A DNA stretch of 64,000 nt from Flavobacterium sp. (GCF_046317795.1 NZ_JBKCVI010000087.1:3438-67437); one strand, 5' to 3'; shown: positions 22,370 through 29,563, numbered from the stretch's first letter. Program-made: numbers and translations. The notes: generated by a model not told the origin, from the letters alone.

Positions 22370-22651
22370 TTAATGATAATCTATAATTCCAACTTCTAAA
22401 GCATTACCGTTATCCCATTTAAAAATAATTCTCCATTGGTTATTTATTCTTATACTGTTAAATTCTTTCAAATTGCCTTTTAGTTTTTCTAGTCTATTTG
22501 CTGGAGGAATCCTTAAATCGCTAACATCAATTGAGTTATTAATCATTCTCAATTTTCTTCTCGCCGTATCTTGAATTTCTCTAGGAAGTTTCTTTGACAC
22601 AATTCCATTCCAAATTTTTTCAGTTTCTTTATCTTTAAATGAAACAATCAT
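22370..22651 (-). CDS. higB: HigB family toxin (RelE superfamily, killer protein type)
   Basis: MIVSFKDKETEKIW...ARRKL...LRIPPANRLEKLKG...SIRINNQWRIIF..VGIIDYH; lies upstream of higA. Confidence 0.92.
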   Translation of the reverse strand: MIVSFKDKETEKIWNGIVSKKLPREIQDTARRKLRMINNSIDVSDLRIPPANRLEKLKGNLKEFNSIRINNQWRIIFKWDNGNALEVGIIDYH

Positions 22652-22671
22652 ACTCTTTTCGATACTAACGT

Positions 22672-22679
22672 CAAAGATA
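22672..22679 (-). promoter_or_regulatory. -7 box (TATCTTTG) for higBA
   Basis: Plus-strand CAAAGATA about 20 nt upstream of the higB start. Confidence 0.6.
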
Positions 22680-22726
22680 AGTATTCATTTGATAAGTTTT
22701 CATATAAACAGGATTTTTTCGAAAAT

Positions 22727-22890
22727 GTTGCATAACTTGTATATAGGTCTGAGACATTTACTTCGTCCGTTCGCTTTGCTTGGGTGCGCAGCTTTTATAG
22801 AACTCTTTGTAAAGCTGGGATAATAATTTTTGAGAAAGAAAAATGTGAATTTTGCGCATTTTTCGGCATTTCTTGAAACTGCTGTAAGCC
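22727..22890 (-). repeat. Inter-cassette repeat A2 / chimeric attC-like site (GGCTTAC ... GTTATGC on minus strand)
   Basis: Core at 22786-22814; 60-bp block 22820-22879 identical to 21987-22046; ends in integron-like core GTTATGCAAC (22736-22727). Confidence 0.8.
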
Positions 22891-22897
22891 GAAGTAG

Positions 22898-23188
22898 CTA
22901 TAATTCGATTTGAATTTTCACTTTTCCTCCTAACCCTTTTTCCACTATATCATACAAAGTTTTGAGAGTCAAATTACTTCCGTTATTTTCTATTTTGGAA
23001 ATATATTCTCTTTTCTTGTCCACTAAATTCCCAAGCTCAGTTTGAGTTAGGTGTTTTTCTTCACGAGCTTTTTTTAAGAGTAAACCAATTTTAAAACCTT
23101 GGAATTCTCTTTCAAGTTCGTCACGTCTTTCGGTTCCTATTTCACCGTAAACATTATTTTTAATTTCTTTCCAGCTTTTAGTTTCCAT
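22898..23188 (-). CDS. XRE/HTH antitoxin of RelE/Gp49-type TA pair
   Basis: KIGLLLKKAREEKHLTQTELG..V...REYISKIEN; adjacent to a toxin fragment. Confidence 0.85.
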   Translation of the reverse strand: METKSWKEIKNNVYGEIGTERRDELEREFQGFKIGLLLKKAREEKHLTQTELGNLVDKKREYISKIENNGSNLTLKTLYDIVEKGLGGKVKIQIEL

Positions 23189-23190
23189 AG

Positions 23191-23327
23191 TTATTTAGAT
23201 TTTTTTTCTGTGTAATATTTAGTCATTAATTTCAATGCTTTTTCCATTTCATTTTTCGGTGTCTTCTGCGTTTTCTTTTGAAACCCATTTAAAAGAATGA
23301 CAAGTTTTCCGTGGTCAAAAAAGCAAA
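23191..23327 (-). pseudogene. 5'-truncated RelE/ParE (Gp49-like) toxin
   Basis: C-terminal CFFDHGKLVILLNGFQKKTQKTPKNEMEKALKL typical of Gp49-like toxins; the upstream part is replaced by repeat A3. Confidence 0.8.
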
Positions 23328-23365
23328 GAGACATTTGCGCAGCTTTTATAGAACTCTTTGTGGAG
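23328..23365. repeat. Inter-cassette repeat A3
   Basis: GAGACATTT + GCGCAGCTTTTATAGAACTCTTTGTGGAG; equals A2 minus the 26 bp at 22760-22785. Confidence 0.9.
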
Positions 23366-23414
23366 CAGGGCAAACATATCAAGGGGATTTATTTGAGGAC
23401 AAGGATATTTAAAC

Positions 23415-23440
23415 AAAAAAGCCCCAGTTAAGGGGCTTTT
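23415..23440 (-). terminator. Intrinsic terminator after 23448..23750
   Basis: AAAAAAGCCCC-agtta-AGGGGCTTTT hairpin with A/T tracts on both sides. Confidence 0.75.
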
Positions 23441-23447
23441 ATTATTT

Positions 23448-23750
23448 TTAATGTGGAACGAAATGACCTCCCTCTTTCCAATCTCTATTTTCCTCATACC
23501 AATCCAACAATTCTCGCATAAATCCCCAAACTATAGCAGTTCCTGTGGCTTGCATAAAATTTACTTGTGGTTCATCATATTTATCATCTTCAAATTCTCT
23601 TATCACAATTCTGCGTTTATGGAGAGGTTTATGACCAGTAATTATGTATGCGTGAGACCTACCGATCTTAAAATATCCGTTTGGCTCAAGTACTTGTTTA
23701 GCTCTTATCTGTTCATCGATAAAGCTAATGTCTACTGTGGGATGTGACAT
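23448..23750 (-). CDS. Hypothetical protein, weakly HicA-like
   Basis: TAA-ATG coupled to upstream ORF and followed by a terminator; VLEPNGYFKIGRSH resembles the HicA GSH motif. Confidence 0.55.
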   Translation of the reverse strand: MSHPTVDISFIDEQIRAKQVLEPNGYFKIGRSHAYIITGHKPLHKRRIVIREFEDDKYDEPQVNFMQATGTAIVWGFMRELLDWYEENRDWKEGGHFVPH

Positions 23751-24128
23751 TTAACAGGTTAATTCAAGTGTTTCAACAAATTTGTCACCTGTTTCCATAA
23801 TTTGGTCAAATATTACATTCGAAGTGTTGAATGACATTATTACAGACCCTTTATCTTCTGATATAAATTCCCAACCTAATAACCTTAGTTCAGTTTCCAA
23901 TCCGCTACCGAATTTTTCACTTGTTACACAAAAAAGATTTACACACTCTTTAATGGCTTCTTGGGCATCTAACTCATCTTTAGCAAAGGTCTTAATACCT
24001 AAAAAAGGAATGTTAACCGACATAAATTCATCCTCAACAATTTTATCCCATATAGGCATATCAATTGTTATAGAAGATAGCTTTCCATCAAGTCTATTAA
24101 TTTCAATATTTGCTTCAGTAAATTTCAC
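23751..24128 (-). CDS. Hypothetical protein, HicB-like N-terminal pattern
   Basis: SVNIPFLGIKTFAKDELDAQEAIKECVNLF resembles HicB 'P.LpG..T.G.t.eEA...ikEai.l'; GTG start uncertain. Confidence 0.6.
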   Translation of the reverse strand: MKFTEANIEINRLDGKLSSITIDMPIWDKIVEDEFMSVNIPFLGIKTFAKDELDAQEAIKECVNLFCVTSEKFGSGLETELRLLGWEFISEDKGSVIMSFNTSNVIFDQIMETGDKFVETLELTC

Positions 24129-24413
24129 TTGGAGTAATTTTCATTGGTTTTTTTGATATTACAAATGTATAAACAAAACATTAAATTTAATTTTTTTAGT
24201 CTATTAAAATACAAATAATATCGATGAAATGTAATTTTGCTTATTTTTTGTAATATTTAGTTTAATATTAAATACAAAGTTATTAACAAACTATATTAAT
24301 AAGTTATAAAATTCCGTTAAATTTTTACATAATTGTTGTTTTAAAAATTTATAACAAAACATATATTCGATATATAAACGTAAAAAGTTACAATTTATTA
24401 TATTTGCTTACCC

Positions 24414-24477
24414 TGCAAAGTCCGGTTCCGATAGCCATCGGAATTGCGCAGCTTTTATAGAATTCTTTGTGGAGTTG
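24414..24477. repeat. Inter-cassette repeat A4
   Basis: Core at 24446-24474; 58/64 identical to 21921-21984; contains CCGATAGCCATCGG palindrome. Confidence 0.92.
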
Positions 24478-24478
24478 T

Positions 24479-25060
24479 TTATTTTATTTCAAGTTTCTCC
24501 CAAATGCCCTCGTCCTTGAGTTGCTTAATTAAGTCCGAGAGTTTCTGTTTTTTATTGAGAGTAACATAGTTTGTTCGCTTATCGTCAGTTTTGAAGCATA
24601 TATTTTTATCACAAAAAATACGTTTCAAAACTGAAGTCCTTTTATCAGTTTTTGAAGTCTTAATAAAATATTCAGTTGTTACAGTCCCAATTGTATCGGT
24701 TTCTTTTTCCCAGTTATAGTTTTTCTCAACCATCAAACTGTCATAGGTAAGAACTACAATATCATTCTTAATTTTATATTTCCCTTTGTAATACCAATCG
24801 TCCGATTCACAAACGTCTATGGTCAAAAAGTCATTGTCATTAAGAAATAAAAGACTACCAGAACAACAATCGCATTCTCCAAATGCTTCGCAAGTATTCT
24901 TGTCAAGTTCTGGTGCATAAAAATAAACTTGTCCAGATAAGTTTAGTGCTATATACTTTGCTAGGGTTATTTTTTTAACGGTTTTGTTTGTAGTTGGTTC
25001 ATTGCAAGAATGAAGTGCTAATATAATAAAGAAAAATATTAATTTAATTAGGTTTTTCAT
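24479..25060 (-). CDS. Hypothetical Cys-rich lipoprotein (cassette cargo)
   Basis: Lipobox LHSC; CEAFGECDCC cluster; stop codon abuts repeat A4. Confidence 0.75.
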   Translation of the reverse strand: MKNLIKLIFFFIILALHSCNEPTTNKTVKKITLAKYIALNLSGQVYFYAPELDKNTCEAFGECDCCSGSLLFLNDNDFLTIDVCESDDWYYKGKYKIKNDIVVLTYDSLMVEKNYNWEKETDTIGTVTTEYFIKTSKTDKRTSVLKRIFCDKNICFKTDDKRTNYVTLNKKQKLSDLIKQLKDEGIWEKLEIK

Positions 25061-25103
25061 TATGCTTCAATTTGTTGTTTCTAGGACGGTCGGACGCCAT
25101 CCA

Positions 25104-25165
25104 TTACGGCTAACGTTTCCTTGCTAGAGCCCCACTGCGCAATTCCGAAAGCTATCGGAATTGAG
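25104..25165 (-). repeat. attC-like right arm ending in core GTTAGCC (25114-25108) plus palindrome CAATTCCGAAAGCTATCGGAATTG (25140-25163)
   Basis: GTTRRRY-type core 48 nt upstream of the lipoprotein start codon. Confidence 0.55.
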
Positions 25166-25302
25166 GAGTAGCGCAATGAGTTTTTTTTTAACTGTCGCTT
25201 CAAATATAATCAAAATCACCATGCAACTTTATTGCCAGCTAAAAAAACTAGTGGGTTTGTGATTGCTCTCGAACGTGGGTATAGTTTACAAATCCGCTAT
25301 CG

Positions 25303-25320
25303 GAATATGGCGGATTGTTA
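25303..25320 (+). repeat. 18-bp direct repeat, right copy (overlaps porin stop codon)
   Basis: GAATATGGCGGATTGTTA, identical to 21841-21858. Confidence 0.9.
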
Positions 25321-26370
25321 GAATTCAAAAGACAAACTAGACGTTATAAAAAAGTTATTGTTAACAGGGATTTCATCTTTTGAGAATACTTTTTCTTGGC
25401 TGTTTAAATACCGTGCTTCGGTTCTCAATTTTACTTTAGAATTAAAAAGATAATCTATATTTAAAGACGTACCGAGTGTTTTAAATTCATCATTTATAGC
25501 AATAATAACAGCATCTTTATCCTGATAATACTCGGCTCGGAAAGCCGTTTGCCATTTGGGTGCCAACGTATATTGCATTATTAACACGGGACTCATCCAA
25601 TATAATTTGTTGTTATTATTTGTTACATCAGTTTGCATTCCTGCATCAAAACCAATAATAGTTCGCCACTTGGAATTCCATTTATTGTCCCAATACAAAT
25701 TACTAAAATAACGCATTCCCCATTGGTCATTATACCATTCTTTGCCCATAAAAGTGCTCCAATTAAACAATGAATTTGTAGATGGTTTATAGATAATCTG
25801 TGAACCAAAAGCAGGTCCAACATTCTTATCGGGTTTGTTGATGCGTTGCCATCCATTGGTTAGTAAACCAGAGAAAGTCCATTTTTCATTAGCAGTAAAA
25901 GTATACTTTATACCTGTCATAAAATAAGGAGAATTATCGGCTAATAACGAACGGGTTAAGGTTACATTTGAAGAATTGTTTGCGGTTTCAAATCCTATAT
26001 AACTTGGTAAAATTCCCAACTCTATGGTTGACTTTTTTGCTTTATCGAGATACAAACCCACATAAGCTTCATTAATGATTTTAGTGGTTTCGTTAGCATA
26101 ATTATCTTCTACATAGGTTCCAGCTTGTAGCGCCAATACTGCATAAGCATTATCATATTCTGCTTTAGCTCTTAGTAGCCCGATGTTTACATTAAACTCG
26201 TTATGCCGGTTATAATTGTACATAAACGGAAGTTTTTGTTCGGAATTTGGCGTATTGAAATCATAGCTGTAATAGGTTTCTAAAAATCCCGAAAAGGATA
26301 GTTTTAGGTCTTTATTTTCTTGAGCAAAAGCAGAAAATCCAATGCAAAAAATTATTATAAAACGCTTCAT
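25318..26370 (-). CDS. Outer-membrane beta-barrel porin (OmpL-like/DUF1597 type)
   Basis: Signal peptide, YYSYDFN, SYIGFE, PYFMTG, GWQRI, terminal aromatic residue (SFEF). Confidence 0.8.
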   Translation of the reverse strand: MKRFIIIFCIGFSAFAQENKDLKLSFSGFLETYYSYDFNTPNSEQKLPFMYNYNRHNEFNVNIGLLRAKAEYDNAYAVLALQAGTYVEDNYANETTKIINEAYVGLYLDKAKKSTIELGILPSYIGFETANNSSNVTLTRSLLADNSPYFMTGIKYTFTANEKWTFSGLLTNGWQRINKPDKNVGPAFGSQIIYKPSTNSLFNWSTFMGKEWYNDQWGMRYFSNLYWDNKWNSKWRTIIGFDAGMQTDVTNNNNKLYWMSPVLIMQYTLAPKWQTAFRAEYYQDKDAVIIAINDEFKTLGTSLNIDYLFNSKVKLRTEARYLNSQEKVFSKDEIPVNNNFFITSSLSFEF

Positions 26371-26801
26371 TACTTCCTTCTAGTATCTATGAGGTGTATT
26401 ATTTTCCAAGTAGTTACCTCAAAATACAAGGTGAAAGCGTTAACACCTTTATGGCTTAACTTTCCATTGACATAAAATTCATAAGGTGTCCAAACGTGTG
26501 CCATCGATCCATCAACTTGGATGTTGTAGCTCAGTATTCTTTCTTCAAATTTAATATCGGCAGGAATGGAAGCGATAGATTTGTAAAACGCTGCTGGTTT
26601 CTCATCAGAAAGTTTATTCCCTTTGGTGTTTTCCGAAATTGATTGCAAAATCATGGTGCTACTGCAAGTCGATTTGATTTTGATGGTGTCTTTGGTATGA
26701 AACCCTTCGAAGAAAGTCTCAATAGTTTTTTGCACTTGCTCCTTTTGTGCATTGACAATTCCAACACATAATAAAACGACTACTAGCAGTATTTTTTTCA
26801 T
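26370..26801 (-). CDS. NTF2-like / lumazine-binding family secreted protein
   Basis: MKKILLVVVLL signal; FEERIL..IQVDGSMAHVWTPYEFY..SHKGVNAF; start 26801 preferred. Confidence 0.8.
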   Translation of the reverse strand: MKKILLVVVLLCVGIVNAQKEQVQKTIETFFEGFHTKDTIKIKSTCSSTMILQSISENTKGNKLSDEKPAAFYKSIASIPADIKFEERILSYNIQVDGSMAHVWTPYEFYVNGKLSHKGVNAFTLYFEVTTWKIIHLIDTRRK

Positions 26802-26805
26802 ATTG

Positions 26806-28110
26806 CTAATATTTAGACCATTTGTAGAGTTCTTTCCATGTTGGTTTTTTGCCATACATTAAAATTCCAACTCGATAGATTTTGGCAGCAAACCAAACTA
26901 CCCCAAAGAATGTAGCGAATAACAACACCATGGAAACGATGATTTGCCACAGCGGAACACCAAACGGAATTCGCATCATCATTACGATGGGTGAGGTCAA
27001 TGGTATCATAGAGAAAACTGTTGCTACCGTTCCGTGAGGGTCATTCATTACGGTAAAAAACCCAATATAAACACCTAATATCAAAGGCATGATAATAGGT
27101 AACAAGAATTGTTGCGAGTCGGTTTCGTTATCCACTGCAGCACCAATAGAAGCATAAAACGAGCTGTATAAGAAATAACCACCAATAAAATAAATGACAA
27201 ACGAAATGAGTATAGTAGCTATGGGCAAGTTCCAAAGTTCTTTAATGTAAAGTTGGATGGTTCCTCCCATTTCACTTTGTGCCGTTTGCATGGCTTGTCC
27301 TTGAATACCCGAAGTTGCACCCATTTGCACACCAAAAATGGAAGACAATACAAACATGGCGGTTAACCCGAGGATTGCCCAAATGAAAAACTGCAAAATT
27401 CCAGCCAATGACGTGCCAATTATTTTTCCCATCATCAATTGAAATGGTTTTACTGAGGAGATTATGACTTCAATAATTCGAGATACTTTTTCTTCGATAA
27501 CGCTACGCATGACCATATTACCATAAATTACAATAAACATCATAATGAGGTAACCAAAAGCACCACCAATAGCGATTTTGATTTCGTTTAACCCTTTTAA
27601 AGCTGCTTCACCTGATGCTTTGGTGAGTTTGATGTCAACGGCAGCATTGGCATTTTTAATCGCTAACGTATCTAAACCCGATTTGATATAGTTTTCTTGC
27701 GTGAGCTTTTCGGCTACAATGTCTTCGATATCGTCAATAAACATGACACTCGGGCTGTCATTGGAAATATATTGAATACTTTTTTCGAGCGCTTTGTTAT
27801 CGGTTACTTTTGGGATGACTAAAAGGCCTTCATAACTTTCGCTGACAATGCTATCTTTTAGAGTTTTGGTGTTAACCGATGATAAATCAACATATTTATA
27901 TTCGTCATCACTTTTAAATTCTTGGGCAAACAAACCCGTTTCATCATGAATAGCAATGGTTTTTAAATCGGCTTTCATAGCACTTAAATAGCCCACAAAA
28001 ACAGCAATACCTACAAACAATAACGGACTTAAAAAAGTCATTACAATAAATGATTTATTGCGCACTTTGGCGATAAATTCTCTTTTGATAATCAAACTTA
28101 ATTTACTCAT
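26806..28110 (-). CDS. ABC-2 type exporter permease (NatB-like)
   Basis: IIKREF..KVRNKSF, VIEEKVSRIIEVIISSV.PFQLMMGKI; start 28110 preferred. Confidence 0.88.
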   Translation of the reverse strand: MSKLSLIIKREFIAKVRNKSFIVMTFLSPLLFVGIAVFVGYLSAMKADLKTIAIHDETGLFAQEFKSDDEYKYVDLSSVNTKTLKDSIVSESYEGLLVIPKVTDNKALEKSIQYISNDSPSVMFIDDIEDIVAEKLTQENYIKSGLDTLAIKNANAAVDIKLTKASGEAALKGLNEIKIAIGGAFGYLIMMFIVIYGNMVMRSVIEEKVSRIIEVIISSVKPFQLMMGKIIGTSLAGILQFFIWAILGLTAMFVLSSIFGVQMGATSGIQGQAMQTAQSEMGGTIQLYIKELWNLPIATILISFVIYFIGGYFLYSSFYASIGAAVDNETDSQQFLLPIIMPLILGVYIGFFTVMNDPHGTVATVFSMIPLTSPIVMMMRIPFGVPLWQIIVSMVLLFATFFGVVWFAAKIYRVGILMYGKKPTWKELYKWSKY

Positions 28111-28142
28111 AATTTTTTTAAATTCCAATATTAGAAATTCCA

Positions 28143-28166
28143 AACCTGCCTGCCGGCAGGCAGGTT
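28143..28166. repeat. Perfect 24-bp palindrome AACCTGCCTGCCGGCAGGCAGGTT
   Basis: Read directly from sequence; flanked by TTCCAA on both sides. Confidence 0.92.
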
Positions 28167-28187
28167 CCAATAGTTTTTTTTGTTATT

Positions 28188-29108
28188 TTACTTTGTTACT
28201 GTTTGTATAAATATATCATTCACACTCGGGATTTTTTCCACAAAATGGGTTACTTGACCTCTTTGTACTAAGGTGTTTAGTAATTCATTTGGTGTTACAG
28301 TACCAATATTGATTTTGAGTTTTAACTCATCGTGCAAGGATTTAAAATTGGTTTGTGCGATGGTAAATTTTTGAGACAAGTCAAACATTAATCCTTCAAC
28401 ATTATCCGTTACAATTCCCACCTCATAATCATTGGTTCTAAATTGTCTTTTTACATCGGATAGTTTTCCTTCGATAAGTTTATTCGATTTGTGAATTAAC
28501 GCAATATGGTCACACATTTCTTCCACACTTTCCATTCGGTGCGTGGAGAAAATAACAGATGTTCCTTGTTTATTCAACTCGATAATTTCATCCTTAATCA
28601 AATTGGCATTCACAGGATCAAAACCCGAAAATGGTTCGTCCAAAATTAGCAACTTAGGTTTATGTAAAACCGTGACAATAAATTGTACTTTTTGAGCCAT
28701 TCCTTTGGATAACTCATTAATTTTTTTGTTCCACCAACCTTCAATTTCTAATCGTTTAAACCAATAATCAAGTTCGTGCTTGGCTTCGGCTTTGGTCAAA
28801 CCTTTAAGCTGTGCCAAATACAAACACTGCTCTCCTACTTTCATGGTTTTATACAAACCGCGTTCTTCGGGCATGTAGCCGATGCTGTGAACATGAGAAG
28901 GATTTAATTTTTCGCCATCCAAAATAATGTCACCACTATCGGGCATAGTAATTTGATTGATGATGCGAATAAGGGAAGTTTTGCCAGCGCCATTTGGACC
29001 TAGAAGTCCATAAATACTGCCTTTTGGAACGGTTAAAGAAACTTCGTTTAGCGCGGTGTAATCGCCATATTGCTTAACGACTTTGTTTACTTCAAGTATA
29101 TTGCTCAT
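28188..29108 (-). CDS. ABC transporter ATP-binding protein (NatA-like, DUF4162 tail)
   Basis: Walker A GPNGAGKT, signature LSKGM, Walker B LILDEPFSG. Confidence 0.93.
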   Translation of the reverse strand: MSNILEVNKVVKQYGDYTALNEVSLTVPKGSIYGLLGPNGAGKTSLIRIINQITMPDSGDIILDGEKLNPSHVHSIGYMPEERGLYKTMKVGEQCLYLAQLKGLTKAEAKHELDYWFKRLEIEGWWNKKINELSKGMAQKVQFIVTVLHKPKLLILDEPFSGFDPVNANLIKDEIIELNKQGTSVIFSTHRMESVEEMCDHIALIHKSNKLIEGKLSDVKRQFRTNDYEVGIVTDNVEGLMFDLSQKFTIAQTNFKSLHDELKLKINIGTVTPNELLNTLVQRGQVTHFVEKIPSVNDIFIQTVTK

Positions 29109-29120
29109 AAATTAAATTTA

Positions 29121-29414
29121 AATGTCAAGTTCAAGTTCAATGTCAAGTTCAATGTCAAAATTCAAAGTCAAAATTCAAAGTCAAAATTCAATAGCCATGT
29201 AAATCTCATAATATTGTTATTGCTATTGTTATTGCTATTGTTATTGCTATTGCTTATTTTATTGTTATTGCTTTTTTTATTGTTATTGCTTTTTTTATTG
29301 CAATTGATATTGTTATTGTTATTGCTATTGTTATTGCTATTGCTTATTTTATTGTTATTGCTTTTTTTATTGCTTTTTTTATTGCAATTGATATTGCTAT
29401 TGTTATTGCTATTG
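29121..29414. repeat. Two-block hexamer microsatellite (TCAAnn block, then ATTGYT block with a ~95-bp higher-order duplication)
   Basis: aatgtcaagttcaagttcaatgtc... followed by (attgttattgct)n. Confidence 0.88.
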
Positions 29415-29563
29415 AATTCGGTAAAAGTACTGAATAAGTAACTAAAGGAAAATAAAAGTTACAAAAAACCCACCCTAATTTTTACACGAGGATGGGAAAA
29501 ATTGCTATGAAAAAGAAATTACTTGTTTCCAAGTAATAGCCAAATGTAAAACTTATTTTTTAA

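Larger units (their letters stand above)
21859..25302. mobile_element. Integrase-less accessory island / decayed integron-like cassette array
   Basis: Bounded by exact 18-bp direct repeats; all genes on minus strand; cassettes separated by a 29-bp repeat; TA-rich. Confidence 0.7.

Noticed and set aside
23451-24156. Plus-strand ORFs 23451..23747 and 23782..24156
   Set aside because: Antisense shadows; promoter, coupling and terminator support the minus-strand pair.
21953-24474. CRISPR interpretation of the four 29-bp repeats
   Set aside because: Repeat starts are 833, 551 and 1109 bp apart with whole genes between them; no cas genes.
28111-28170. N-terminal extension MEPACRQAG... of the ABC permease
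   Set aside because: Comes from the intergenic palindrome; the conserved start is ATG 28110.
29070-29441. 123-aa poly-Leu ORF
   Set aside because: Translation artefact of the ATTGYT hexamer tract.
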